This document shows positions 1-12,080 of a stretch of 64,000 nucleotides of DNA, piece after piece. The DNA comes from Hemiscyllium ocellatum (lineage: Eukaryota): NCBI RefSeq assembly GCF_020745735.1, contig NC_083409.1:18992341-19056340 (forward strand). The letters are read 5' to 3'. The position numbers and the translations under genes are program-made. The notes under the pieces were generated by a model. That model did not search any database, was not told where the DNA came from, and worked only from the letters and a program-made list of their open reading frames with translations. The stretch's first letter is position 1; each line of letters opens with the position of its first letter.

Positions 1-2800
1 TGTACCAAAATTTAACACCTGCCTATTATCTCAATATGGAATGTAAATATGCTCTCAAATAGCCTTCGTCACTGCCCGCTATGCCACCAATTTTGGTGTC
101 ATCTGCAAACTCACAAACCATACTTCCTATATTTTCATTCAAATATTTTCTATAAATGACGAACAATGATGAACCCCGAACCAACTTTTTACCACACCGC
201 TGGTCACAGGGTTCCAGTCTGAACAATAACCTTCTACCACCACTCTCTGTCTCCAACCATCAAACCAATTTTTACCAATTGGCTTGCTCTCCCTGGATTC
301 CATTTGATGTAACCTTGCGGGAACTTGTCAAAGGCCTTGCTAAAGTCCATGTAGACAATGTCTACCACTCTGCCTTCAGTTATTAACTTGGTCATGTCTT
401 CAAAAAACTCAATCAAATTTGTGACACAATTTCCCACTTACAAAGCCATGTGGATTATTCCTAATCGATCCTTGTCTTTTCAAATGTGTGTAGATCCTAT
501 CTTTCAAAATCCCTTCAATAACTTACTCACCACTGGTATCAGACTCACCTTGCAGACTTTATTAACTAACAGCACAACATCATTCAAGCTCCAGTCTTCC
601 AGCACATCACCCGTGGCTATTGATGATACAAACATCTCTGCAAGGGGCATCGCTGTCTCTTCCCAAGTTTCCCAGAAACTGCTGGGATAGACCTGATCCG
701 GTCCTGGGGATTTATCTACTTTAATGAGTTTTAAGAACAGATTACAGCACCTCTTCGTCTGTAATATGGACTCTTCTCAAGACATCAACAGTTATTTCCC
801 AAATTTCTTCACTTCCATGTCTTTCTCAACTGTAAATATTGCGGTAAAATATTAGATTTGTGACTCATCCATATTTTGTTTGAAAAAGAAATGAAAATTT
901 CTAAGTGTGAGACATTTGGAGGTGATACGTGGGATATGATCCATGGTCCTGACTTTACTCTGGATTGTCCTTTGTCCTTTTCCACTGTCTCCCTAAACCT
1001 TGTGATACAATGATCACTCTTCTCTAAATGTCCTCTCACTGACACTTGATCCACTTGAGCCTCCTCACTCCCAAGATCCAGGTCTAGCAGAGCATCCACT
1101 CCCATTCACCAGGAAACATACGGCTGAAGAAAAATCACTGAGCACAATCTCACAACTCTGGCCCTCTTTGTCCTTCACACTGCTCCTATCCCATTCTATA
1201 TTCTGATAACTAAAGTCCCCCTAATGTTTGCACTTCACTGTAAATTCCTTCCAGGTTTGTTCCTCTCCATCCTTCCCACTAGTCAGTGACCTACAGACTG
1301 CACTGAAAAAACTGATTGCACATTTTGTTTCTGATCTTGAACCAAATCGGTTCTGTCCTTGACCGCTCTGGGACATCCTCTTTCTCCAGCTCTGCACCGA
1401 TCTCCTTAACCAATCCCACACCTCTCACTCTTCCCCCACTTTCCTATCTTTCCTAAATGCTTTGTATCCAGGAATATCTGTGTCTGTAACTCTCCAATCT
1501 TATTTGTTTCTTTAAATGATGAACAATGATGAACCCCGAACCAATCCTTTTGCCACACCGCTGGTCACAGTCTTCCAGTCTGAATAATAACTTTCTACCA
1601 CCACTCTCTGTCTCCAACCATCAAACCAATTTTGTACCAATTGGCTTGCTTGCCCTGGATCCCATTTGATCTAACCTTACTAACCAGTTGTCCATGTGTG
1701 CAGTCCCATACAGTCAACCGGATTTAGAATTTATTACTCTCTCCCTCACTCTGACCTTGCCCAAGAAGTTACTATTCCTTATTCTCGTGTATCTATCTCC
1801 CAGGATTCTGTCTTCCTTGGTGTTCCTCCCTGATATTACCTCCTGGTTCACTCAGACCTGCCAAATTGGTTTAATCCCTCCCCAACAGCACAAGCAAGTC
1901 ACACCTCAAGAAGCTCAATTCCTGCTCTGTTCAGGAGCAACCCATCCAGTCTATAGAGGTCGCATCTCCCCTGGAATCATTCCCAATGTCCAATATCTCA
2001 AACCCTCCCTCCTGGACCATCTTTTCAGCCTCACATTCACCTGTCTTATCCTCCTATTCCTATTCTCACTTGCATTGGTTGCTGGGAGTAATCCAGAGAT
2101 TCCTACTTTTGAGCTCCTGCTGCTAATTTCCTCCCGAGCTCCCTAAATTCTGACTGCAGGACCACATCCCTTTCCTCCCTCTGTCACTGGGACCGATGTG
2201 GACCAAGACTGTTGTCTGTTCCCCCTCTCCCCTCAGGATGCTCTACAGCAGCTCAGTGACATCCTTGACCCTGGCACCAGGGAGACAACACGCCATCCTG
2301 GATTCCCATCTGCAGCTGGACAAACACCTATCGATTGTCCTCACTCTCGAATCTCTTCTCACTATCGCTCTTCCAGTCTTCCTTGTGCCCTCCCCCCGGT
2401 ACAGCTGAGCCCCCCACCACCACAGTGGTGCCATAGACTTGACTCTGGCTGCATTACCCAGATGAACCATCATTCTCATCAGGATTCTGAACTGAATCCT
2501 AATTGGAGAGAGGAATGCACTCAGGGTATCCCTGTACTAGCTGCCTGGTCCTTTTGGACTGTCTGCTGCTCCCCCATTCCCTCTCTCCCTGCATACTCTG
2601 AAGCTGCAGAGTGACCACATCTAGAAACGTGCTCTTCACGGACCTCTCAGCCTCACGGACGCTCCGCACTGACACCAGCTGCTGCTCAAGCTCCGAAACC
2701 CGGAGCTCCAACTGCTGTCACTGATCACACTTCCTGTAATCATGGTATTCCAAGACCGGGGAAGCATTCTGAAGTTCCCACATGGAACAAGATGAACTTT
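1..2800 (-). mobile_element. Degenerate CR1-clade LINE (ORF1 esterase region plus ORF2 EN/RT fragments)
   Basis: Minus-strand ORF fragments match CR1 motifs: FADDTKIGG (26-256), VDIVYMDFSKAFDK (234-437), LDLDLGSE...SDHCITRF (809-1105), and ORF1 MELRVSELEQQL / SRMACCLPGARVKDV (2243-2711). Many stops and frameshifts; boundaries approximate. Confidence 0.85.
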
Positions 2801-2879
2801 TCTCCATTCCCTGATTACCTCTTGGCAAAGTTCTGATGACAAACAGCTCCAGCAGGGCTCACAATCCAGTGCTCTCAGT

Positions 2880-4560
2880 GTTCTTGGGTTTTGCAGAGTC
2901 TCTTCAAAAATATCAGAATTAGGCCATTCGCCCCATCAAGTCTGCTGTGCCATTTGGTCATGGCTGATGTGTTTCTCACGACCATTGTCTTCCCTTCTTA
3001 CCATTATGTTTGATTGCCTTTCCAGTCAAGAACCTACCAATGCCTGTCCTAAATGCACTCAATGACTTCACCACCACAGCAACTGGTTATCCTTTAACTC
3101 TGTGGCTGTGCCCACTGGTCCAATTTTCTCTTCCTTGTGGAAACATCTTCTCCACGTCCATTCTATCCAGGCCTCTCAGTATTCTGTAAGTGTCAATGTG
3201 ATCTCCCCATGTCCTTCTGAACTCCATCAAGTACACATCCAGAGTCCTCAACCGCTCCTCATCAGACCAGGCTGTCACCCCCAGGGTCATTCTTATAAAC
3301 CTCCTCTGGATCTCCTCTAATACAAGCACATCCCTCCTTAGATACAGGTCCCAAAACTGTTCACAATATTCCAAATGCAGTCTGACCAGAGTCTCATACA
3401 GCCTCAGCAGGACATACCTGTTCTTGTATTCTAACTCAGTTGAAATGAATGATAACATTGCATTTGTCTTCCTAATTGCTAACTGAACCAAAATGTTCAC
3501 CTTCAGAGTAACCTGAAAGAGGACTTCCAAGTCCCTTTGTACTTGAGAATTCTGAATTTCCCCATTTAGAAAACAGTTTGAGCTTCTGTTCTTCCAACCA
3601 AGCTGCATAACCTCACACATTCCCATATTGTATTCCATCTGCCACTTCGTTGCCCACTCTCTGAGCCTTTCCAAGTCCTTCTGCAGCCTCCCTGCTTCCT
3701 CAACTCTCCCTGTCCCTCACCTCATCTTTGTGTCATCAGCAAATTTAGGAACAATGCCCTCAGTTCCTTTTCCCAGATCGTTGATATATAATTAATTGTT
3801 ACATGATCAGCTGAAGTCCCAACACTGCCCCCTGCTGAACTGCACGAGGCACCAGCTGCCATCCTGCAAAAGACCCATTTATTCCCGCTCTCTATCCATG
3901 TCAGTACCGGGCCCCAAACCCCATGGGCTCTTATGTTATTTAGCAGCCTCCTGTGTGGCAACTTGTCAAAGGCCTTCTAGAAATCCAAATAGATCATGTT
4001 GATTGGTTCTCCTTTGTCTAACTTGTCATTAACTCCTCTTATTACATAGAATTCCAGCATCTCCCTCTCGAACTGCAGGGTGAATTCTAACACATTATGG
4101 TCACTGCCCCCTCAGGGTTCATTCACCTTCAGTTCCCCAATCAGAGCTGCCTCATTACACATCACCGAATCCAGAATTACCTGTTTCCTAGGGGATCTAC
4201 CACAAACTATTCCGAAAAAGCCTCTCGTAGACATTCCATGAATTCCCTTCCTTGAGATCCATTCCCAACCTGACTTTCCCAGTTCACCTGCATATTGCAG
4301 TCCCCACAACTATTGTAATAATCCCTTTCTTACATGCCTTTTCTGTCTCCTGATTTATTTTCTGATCCACGTCCCGATTACTGCAAGGAGGTTTGTACAT
4401 AATTCCCATCAGGTTCTTTGTTCCTTTGTGGTTTCTTAAATTGACTCACACAGATTCTATGCACTCTAACATTATATTTCCTCTTGCTGTCGATGTAATT
4501 TCAATTCTAACTGACAGAGTAAACCCACTCCCCAACTTGCCCATCTACTGATCACGAGGA
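2880..4560 (-). mobile_element. CR1 LINE ORF2 3' fragment(s)
   Basis: ORF 3087-3674: WATKWQMEYNMGMCEVMQLG...LYETLVRLHLEYCEQFW, the typical CR1 RT C-terminus. Confidence 0.85.
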
Positions 4561-4579
4561 ACGTAAAAACATAGAAAAT

Positions 4580-6400
4580 AGCTGCAGGAACAGGCTATTT
4601 AGCCCTGAGAGCCTGCACCACCGTTCAATATGATCATTACTGATTATGCAATCTCCGATTCCCATTCCCACTCTCCCCAATATCCCTTGATCCTTTTAGC
4701 TGCAAGTGCCACATTCCTCTTGATATATGTCTAACAAACTGCCCCCATGAGCTTTCTGTGGTAGAGAATTCCACAGGTTCACAACATCTGAATAACCTAA
4801 CCTTATTTGTGATCTTTGAAGCCGAGTTTTGGATTTCTCTAATATCGGGAACATTCTTCCAGCATCGAGCCTGTCAAGTCCCATCAGGATTTTACATGTT
4901 TCTGTGAGATTCCCCTCATTCTTCTAAATCCCAGTGAGTACAAGCCCAGTCAATCATATGTCAGTCCTGCTGTCCCAGGAATCAGTCTCATGCACCTTCG
5001 CCGGGCTCCCTCAATAGCAAGAATGTCCTTCCTCAGACTAGGAGACTAAAACTGCGCACAATACTCAAGGTGAGGCCTCACCAAGGCCCTGTTTAATTCT
5101 GCAAGAAGTCCTTACTCCAATACACAAATCCTCTCACTGTGAAGGCCAACATGCCATTAGCTTTCCTCACTGCCTGCTGCACGTGCGTGCCCCCTTTCAG
5201 TGACTGTTCCACCATGACACCCAGCTCTCATTGCACCTCACGTTTTCCTAAACTTTCACCATTTATTAATAATTTGACTTCCTGTTTACCACCAAAGTGG
5301 ATGATCTCACATTTACCCACATTATATTGCATTTGCCAAACATTTGTCCACTTAGCCAGCCTGTCCAAGTAACGCTGCAGCCTCTTAGCATCCTCCTCAC
5401 ACCACACACTGTCACCCAGCTTCATGTCATCTGCAAGTTTGCATGGATTGCATTCAATACCTTTGTCCATGTCATTTATGTATATTGTGAACAGCTGGGG
5501 TCCCAGCACTGAACCCCTGCAGTACCCCACTCACCACTGCCTGCCACTCTGAGAAGGACCCATTTATTCCAACTCTCTGCTTTCTATCTGGCAACGAGTT
5601 CTCTCTCCATGTCAATACATTACATCCAATACCATGTGGTTTAATGTAACTCACTAATCTCATGTATGGGACCTTGTCAAAAGCCTTTTGAAATTCCAGA
5701 TACACAATATCCACTGAGTTCTGAGGGAGGGTCACTCAATTCGAAACTCTAACTTCGATTGTTCTCCACAGATGCTGCCAGATTTGCTAAAATGTTTCAT
5801 CATTTTTTTTTTGTTTTGTTGTCCACTGATTCAGCCTTGTCCACTCTCAGCTGATCACATCCTCAAAACCTTCCGGAAGATGTGTCAGGCCTGATTTCCC
5901 TTTCGTAAATCCATGCTGACTTGGACCGATCCTGTCACTGCTTTCCAAATGCTCGGTTATTGTATCTTTAATAACTGACTCTGGTGTTTTCCTCATGTAT
6001 AATTCCTCATTTTCACTCTCCCTCCTTTTAGTAAAAAGTGGGGTTATATTGGATACTGTCCAGTCCATTGGAACTCTGTCAGAATCGACAGAATGCCAGA
6101 AAATGATCACAAATGTGCCCATTATTTCTACACCCACTTTCTTAAGGACTCTGAGTTGCAGAGCATCAGGCCCTGGGGACTTACCAAGTTTTGATACCAT
6201 CAGTCTCCCCAAGACCATATCCTGACTAATAAGGATTATCTTCAGTCCTTCCTTCACACTTGACCCTCTATCCCCTTGCATTTCCTTTCAATAGGATGTG
6301 CATCCTTGGATATTTAGTCCCCAGCCCTGATCCCCTTGCAGCCACGTCCCTGCGCTACAGGCTCATTTACCTTGTTTCACATACTCCATACATCGAAGTA
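4580..6400 (-). mobile_element. CR1 LINE ORF2 fragment
   Basis: GSVLGPQLFTIYINDM, LADDMKLG, VDIVYLEFQKAFDKVP, SPGPDALQLRVLKKV, IGPSQHGFTKGKS in minus-strand ORFs. Confidence 0.9.
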
Positions 6401-6442
6401 CAACACCCTCAGTCATGCATTGACTGCCTCCTTGTCATAGTT

Positions 6443-6652
6443 GAAAATGTGTTGCTGGTTAAAGCGCAGAAGGTCAGGCAACATCCAAGGAACAGGAAAT
6501 TCGACGTTTCGGGCACAAGCCTTTCATCTGATGAAGGGCTTGTACCCGAAACGTCGAATTCTCTGTTCCTTGGATGCTGCCTGACCTGCTGCGCTTTAAC
6601 CAGCAACACATTTTCAGCTCTGATCTCCAGCATCTGCAGACCTCACTTTTTA
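6443..6652. mobile_element. Fold-back (hairpin) copy of a Neptune-type PLE 3' end with hammerhead core
   Basis: 84-bp inverted arms (6 mismatches) centred at ~6527; CTGATGA...GAAACGTC core at 6528-6555; 15-bp TSD CTCCTT(G/C)TCATAGTT at 6428-6442 and 6653-6667. Confidence 0.85.
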
Positions 6653-6675
6653 CTCCTTCTCATAGTTATCTCTTT

Positions 6676-6925
6676 TAGAATTCATAGTATTCCTACAGTG
6701 TGGAAGCAGGCCATTCAGCCCAGCCTGACACTCGAAATAGCATCCCACCCACCCTACCATTCCCATGGATAATCCTCCTAACCTACACATCTTTGTGACA
6801 ATGGGAGGAAACCCAAGTAGACACGGGGAGAATGTATAAACAACACACAGATAGTCAGTTGGAATTGAGTCTGTGTCTCCGGAGCTGTGAGACAGCAGTG
6901 CTAACCACTGATCCACCATTCCACC
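6676..6925 (-). mobile_element. HE1-type tRNA-derived shark SINE (degenerate)
   Basis: Reverse complement of the GGTTAGCACTGCTG head, CACGGGGAGAATG core and ACACTGTAGG tail; similar to the copies at 23322 and 63652. Confidence 0.8.
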
Positions 6926-7399
6926 CTGCGGGGCCTCAAGTTCGATTCCTCATCCTTTCCATACTCTCTATCCTAGTACTTGGTCTGGATACTTTAATAA
7001 AGTGTCCTGAGCCCCTACCTTCTTCAAACAGTTTAAATTCCTCGAAGCTTGATTTACCTTGGTTTGTGTGGTACCACTTTGTCTACATTATTCCGAATCG
7101 GTCATGCATTAAGAGACAAAGCCTTTGAGTTTGTTCTAGTATTGAGCTTCCCTGCACTTTTAAGTTTCCTTAGTACAATAAGACATTCACAATACTCTGT
7201 CCTTTCCTTTTATTTTCTGGTAACAATCAATCCCATCACTATCCAGTAACTCTCCCTTCTCCTTTAACTTTCATTTTCTCATTTTCCATCCAACTGTTCC
7301 AGTTACTTTTTCTTTGAATCATATTCAGGCTGATATTTATCCCTGAACAAACATCACTCAAAATGTTCCTTGGTTCATTGTTACTTGTGGGATCTTGCT

Positions 7400-8045
7400 G
7401 TGTACAATCTGGCTTTCACATTTCCTGCATTCCTACAGTGAGCACATTCCAAACAAGTTCCACACTGTCTGCAAATGTCTTGGGGACAGCATGGATCTTT
7501 CTTTTCTTTGGATGAACTGGGAGTCTTTCAGATGTGAAAGATTCCGTTCCAATGTTGCACAGTCCTCCTCCTGAATTACAGTTCCTGCTTTGTCCCTCTC
7601 TTTTGTGAAAACAGACCGGAAGTTTTCATGAGGAACAATTGCTCCATCTTCCACCCCCACACACAAGTTCCCTTCCTGCTCTCGAATGGGCCTCATACAT
7701 TCCTTCATTCTCTTGTTCTTTCTGTGATTATAAAACATCACTGGGATTTCCCTGACTTCATTTGGACACATTTCATCCTGTCAGCTCTTTGCTTTCCTCA
7801 GGTCTTGGTAAATCTCACCCCTGCATTTTGTCTTTCAGCCTACTTTTATCAAATCACTGCCCAGTTTAGTAAAATGGTTTGTTCCCAAATAAAAACATTT
7901 ACATTTGTTCCGTGGTTCTCTATTTCCATCCCTACTCTCAATCTCACTGAGTTCTGATCACTGTCACTGAAATGCTCCCCCATTGATAGCCCTTCCAGCT
8001 GCTCACATTCATTCCATAAATGATGGTCCAAAACTGTCCCTTCTC
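7400..8045 (-). mobile_element. CR1 LINE fragment (part of the block duplicated with the C exon)
   Basis: EHFSDSDQNSVRLR endonuclease-region motif (ORF 7849-8031); paralogous copy at 17429-17945. Confidence 0.6.
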
Positions 8046-8259
8046 TTTCACCATCACTTTCTCAGCGGCGATTAGGGATGGGCAATAAATGCTGGCCCTT
8101 CCACTGACACTCACATCCCAATTTTAAACGGCCCTGTCCTTTTATGGGGCTTATTAGGTATTGAATACAAATGTTCAAATTGATTGTTTTGCCAGTGAAG
8201 GTTCAGAGTTGAAATCCCTTTGAATGGCAGGGATTAAAATTGTTTCTCTTGTCTTTCAG

Positions 8260-8588
8260 GCCGTGAGAACTCTCAGCCCAAGCTGACCCTGCTGCCCCCC
8301 TCCCCGGAGCAGATCAATGCCAAGGGCACTGCCACCCTGGTGTGCCTTGCCAATCACTTCTATCCCGATGAGCTGGAGGTGCAGTGGAAGAAGGATGGTG
8401 CAGTCATTTCGGACGGGGTGCAGACCAGCAACTACCTGCGAGCTTCGGACAGCACCTACAGTGTCAGCAGCCTGCTGACCCTCTCTGGATCTGACTGGGA
8501 GTCCAATGCTCGCTTCTCCTGTGCCCTCACCCACATGACCCTCCCGTCTCCCCTCAGCAAGAGCATCAGGAGATCAGAATGTGTGTAG
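8260..8588 (+). CDS. IGKC: Immunoglobulin light-chain constant exon, kappa/NS4 (type III)-like, intact
   Basis: Acceptor TTGTCTTTCAG|G (AG 8258-8259), phase 1. Translation (S)RENSQPKLTLLPPSPEQINAKGTATLVCLANHFYPDELEVQWKKDG...DSTYSVSSLLTLSGSDWESNARFSCALTH...SKSIRRSECV*. C1-set Cys/Trp/Cys and the penultimate interchain Cys are present. Kappa assignment is from recalled similarity to nurse shark NS4. Confidence 0.93.
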
Positions 8589-9113
8589 AGTGTTTGAGAC
8601 AGTCCACAGAGGAGACACAACTTTAAATAGGACAGGGCTGAGCTGCCAGGACAAAGGTCATTGCCAGCACTGAATTTCAATTCTCTTCCTTCTCAGGACT
8701 GGCTCAGAGACACGTCTGAGGTTCAAGGGTTAAGGCAGGTCTTTGGGATCATCAAAAATAAGCTTTACTCTGTATCATACCCCATGCTGACCCTGTTCTA
8801 GGAGTGTTTGATTGGACAGTGAAGACTAGTGATGCCAAGTAAAACCTCTCGAAGATGCTGAAAACTGTCAGCTGTTCAAAACAATGTGAACCTCAGAAGT
8901 CTCTGTTTCAGTAAACCAGGTCTCCTTCCTGCTCAGCCGCCAGTTCCAATTTAAGGTTTTGTCACTGTTTAAAGGGACAGGATTCTCATGTTATTGAGAA
9001 AATCTCCACAAGTGTTTTCCTTAAGCTCCATTGTGGCTGTGAATTTGAGCAGCTTCCTCTGTCTGGGCTGTTAGTTGCAGTCTGTTTTCTGTTCATGTTA
9101 ATCTGGAAATGGG

Positions 9114-9119
9114 AATAAA
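9114..9119 (+). terminator. Polyadenylation signal of the C1 transcript
   Basis: AATAAA followed by a TCTCTGTCTCTGTGTGTG GU-rich tract; conserved in the duplicate (19014-19019) just before homology ends. Confidence 0.65.
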
Positions 9120-10589
9120 GATGAAGAAGATTCAGTCTCTGTCTCTGTGTGTGCTTTGGGAATGGCCAGAGCTGAAACTTCAGGGAAAGGTGTGTGAAGT
9201 GTTAACCTCCAACTTCAAGGCCTGGAACAAAAGGGGGAGAATCGAGGAGTTAATGGGGTCCCTGGAGAAGGAGGGCAATTCTACAACTGTGTCCAGAGGG
9301 GTTCTTTCAGAAGGAATGCAGGGCCCCAAGGAATTCTTTCCCAATAAATGGAGAAAAGAAGGAAGGCAGGAAGGGACACTGGGGAACACAATAATCTGAT
9401 GGAAATTCCCTCACCCATCCCTTAGGCACAGCAAGATGCCAGGTCAAGAAATTCAACTCAACTGTTTGTGAGCCATTGCCATTGGGAACCCTGTATTTAT
9501 GAATATGACCAGCAGGCTCTTGTTACTCAGAATAACAATTCTACAGGGTTTGAGAAATACATATTCCATAAATTAGACCTGCGTTTTGTTTCCTTTTCAA
9601 ATGGGATGGAATTGCCCCGTGTGTCCATGGGGTCAGATTGAGAATGTCCAATGCGGGGGCATCTGGGAGTCACGGCTGGGGAGGATCATCAATGATAAAC
9701 CTTCTGCTGTCATATTCTGTAGCCCCTGGGCCATCTCAGTGAGGATCACCCAGGGCTCAGGGTGGATTCCAGAGCAGCTCATTGTCCTGACTGTTGTGTT
9801 CCTCAGTCCACACGTGGCTCCAGCAATCTCACTCCATGGTTTTGGTATCAATGGGAACCATGGGGCTGAAATCTTATCCAAACAGACCCTCACACAGCAG
9901 GGAGGCTGCTGGTGGCTCAGAAACCCCTTGGATTCAGTCCCAGATTCCACTGTGGCTCTTTCATCAAACACAGCATTAGCACACTGACACCACATTCAGA
10001 GGGCAATCCTGAGATGGGGCAAGTTTGGTTCTTGATTCCAATGTGAGGAAATGGGGGCTGGGTGTGAAATGTCTAGTCTGAAACTGGTGGGGGTACTTTA
10101 TAATGAAGAATAGAAACTGACGTCAGAATAAAGTTAGGTGTTGATGGGAGTGAGGAATATCTCAGTGATCTGTCTCCAGAATCCACAGCCGGTACACATC
10201 CTTCTGTCAGACAGAGAAACTGCTCCTTGACATCCTATATTTCTCTATCTTTCCCAGAAAAGGTGAAATATTCTCTGCCTCTCTGGTACAGGACTTTTTA
10301 AAAAGGGCTGTGGGAAGGGAACTGTTGACTCTCAATGACAAAGCCAATGGAAGGATGTGGAGCTGGCTCTGTGAAATGTTAGGGCACAGAGGATGACACC
10401 AGAAGCAATTCAATGTTGTCACTCTCTCCTTTTTAATTGTCAAACTGGTAATAATTGGTTTTCCCTCACAACTTGCTCTCTTGTATTTGATCCACGTGCC
10501 TTTCTTGCTTTGCTTCTTTTGACGTCAGTCTGTGGGCAATTCCATCAAAGCCCAATCTCCTCACACCCATCCTGGCCCCTGAGGAGATT

Positions 10590-11010
10590 AGAGACAAAAA
10601 AAACTGCAAATGCTAGAATCCAAGGTTAACAAGCAGGAGGCTGGGAGAACACAGCAAACCAGGAAACCTCCGGAGGTGGAGATGTTGACGTTTTTGGTGT
10701 AACCTTTCTTCAGGAAGTGGGGTGGGTGGGTGTTGGGGGAGCTGCAGATAAAGGGAGTGGTGGGGCCAGGGTGGTTAGGTGGGGATAGGTGGAGACAGGT
10801 AGAGGATAGGACCTGGTTGGTCGAGGGGAGGGATGATTCTGGATTCATTTCTCCCATCAACAAATCAGGTAATTCTCTCTATCTTTCTCAACCTATCCCC
10901 ACCTCACCACCTCACTACCTCACTCCAACCCACCCCTTTATCTGCAACTCCCCTCACACCTATTCCCCTCTTCCTGAAGAAGAGTTACGCCTAAAATGTC
11001 GGCCCCTGAA
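10590..11010. mobile_element. PLE 3'-end fragment with inverted arms
   Basis: Left arm is the reverse complement of sequence like 25400-25625; right arm is forward and ends in a decayed CTGAAGA...AAATGTC hammerhead-like motif. Confidence 0.65.
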
Positions 11011-11864
11011 GAGATTCGACGTGGTTATTTCACTGAATCAAATCATCGAGCCCATCAATCCTGAGAACAGATTCCAGCATTGAAGTCATATTTCCTGTTT
11101 GCAAATGTAAAGTCTCTCTCAGGCTGAAAGAAGGAAGCCTTCGATTGAGAAATGAGTGAGCTTAACCCCTATCCTGAACAACAGCACAACAGAATGGAGT
11201 AATATAAATCAGAAACAGTATAAGTACAGGGCAGCCTATATACTGCAGCTCGCACTAGGTGCAGCCAGCACAGAGGGGAATGCTGGTCAGTGTGGGAGTT
11301 TGGTGAACTCAGAGAAGGAGTCTACCTTTGCTTTTCCAACCTGATTTGGAACTGTCACTTCAGCTGATGGGAGCCTGCACATGCACTTGGTTTGAATGAA
11401 ACAAAATGATAAACAAGAAAATAGGAATCTGGATTTGTTTAGTTTGAGGGGCTGTACAAATAGACTGCTTCAGGACATGTCCATTAGGGAAGTTTAATAA
11501 ATGGAAAGTAGACTGAAACAGACTGAAGACAATTACTGCTCTAATGAAGGAATGGATATTTTTCATTTGTAAGTGAGATCAACATTTCTTTATTGCATTG
11601 AAATGATTCAGGGTAAATACATCTGCAGTGAATGTATAAAACTACAGGAGCTCCCACGCAGGGTGTTTGGAATGAAGGCTGAATTGAAAAAGCAGTGATA
11701 CATCAGGGAGTGCCGGAGAGACCTGGAGGATTAGTTCCAGAAGGAAGTTATAGGCCTCAAGACTAAACAGTTCAATTCCTCGTTGTAGTAAGGGGCAGGA
11801 GGGTATGACACACGAGGGAGGCAGATAGGGGGTTGGAGAATACAGTGGGACAGGAAAACCCCTC

Positions 11865-12080
11865 ACTCTTCTAAACCCCACTGAGAACAAGGCCAGCCTT
11901 TCCAATCCTTCCTCATCACACAGCCCACTCATACCAGGGATCAATCTGGTAAAACTCCTGTGAACCACCTCCAATGCATTTATATTCTTCCTTCAATAAG
12001 GAGACCAAAACTACACACAATACAGTATTTGAGATGTGATCACACCAATGTCCAGGAATAACTGAAACATCACAGTCTCA
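11865..12080 (-). mobile_element. CR1 3' RT fragment
   Basis: LEVVHRSFTRLIPGMSGL...ERL in minus ORF 11642-11974. Confidence 0.7.

Larger units (their letters stand above)
7742..9160 (+). repeat. Segmental duplication copy 1 (C-exon block); copy 2 at 17429-19058
   Basis: Colinear homology across the upstream CR1 fragment, splice acceptor, C exon, 3'UTR, AATAAA and downstream TG-rich tract; one ~200-bp indel. Confidence 0.95.

Noticed and set aside
144-1700. ~185-bp direct repeat (144-330 and 1513-1700) resembling LTRs
   Set aside because: Both are the same CR1 RT segment; no TG...CA ends, PBS or PPT.
9401-9410. NF-kB consensus site (GGGAATTTCC, minus) 3' of C1
   Set aside because: Several such degenerate 10-mers are expected by chance in 64 kb, and it lies outside the duplicated block.
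9586-9995. WFWYQWEP motif resembling V-region FR2 downstream of C1
   Set aside because: No FR1 Cys, no D-x-A-x-Y-Y-C, no RSS; a stop follows immediately.
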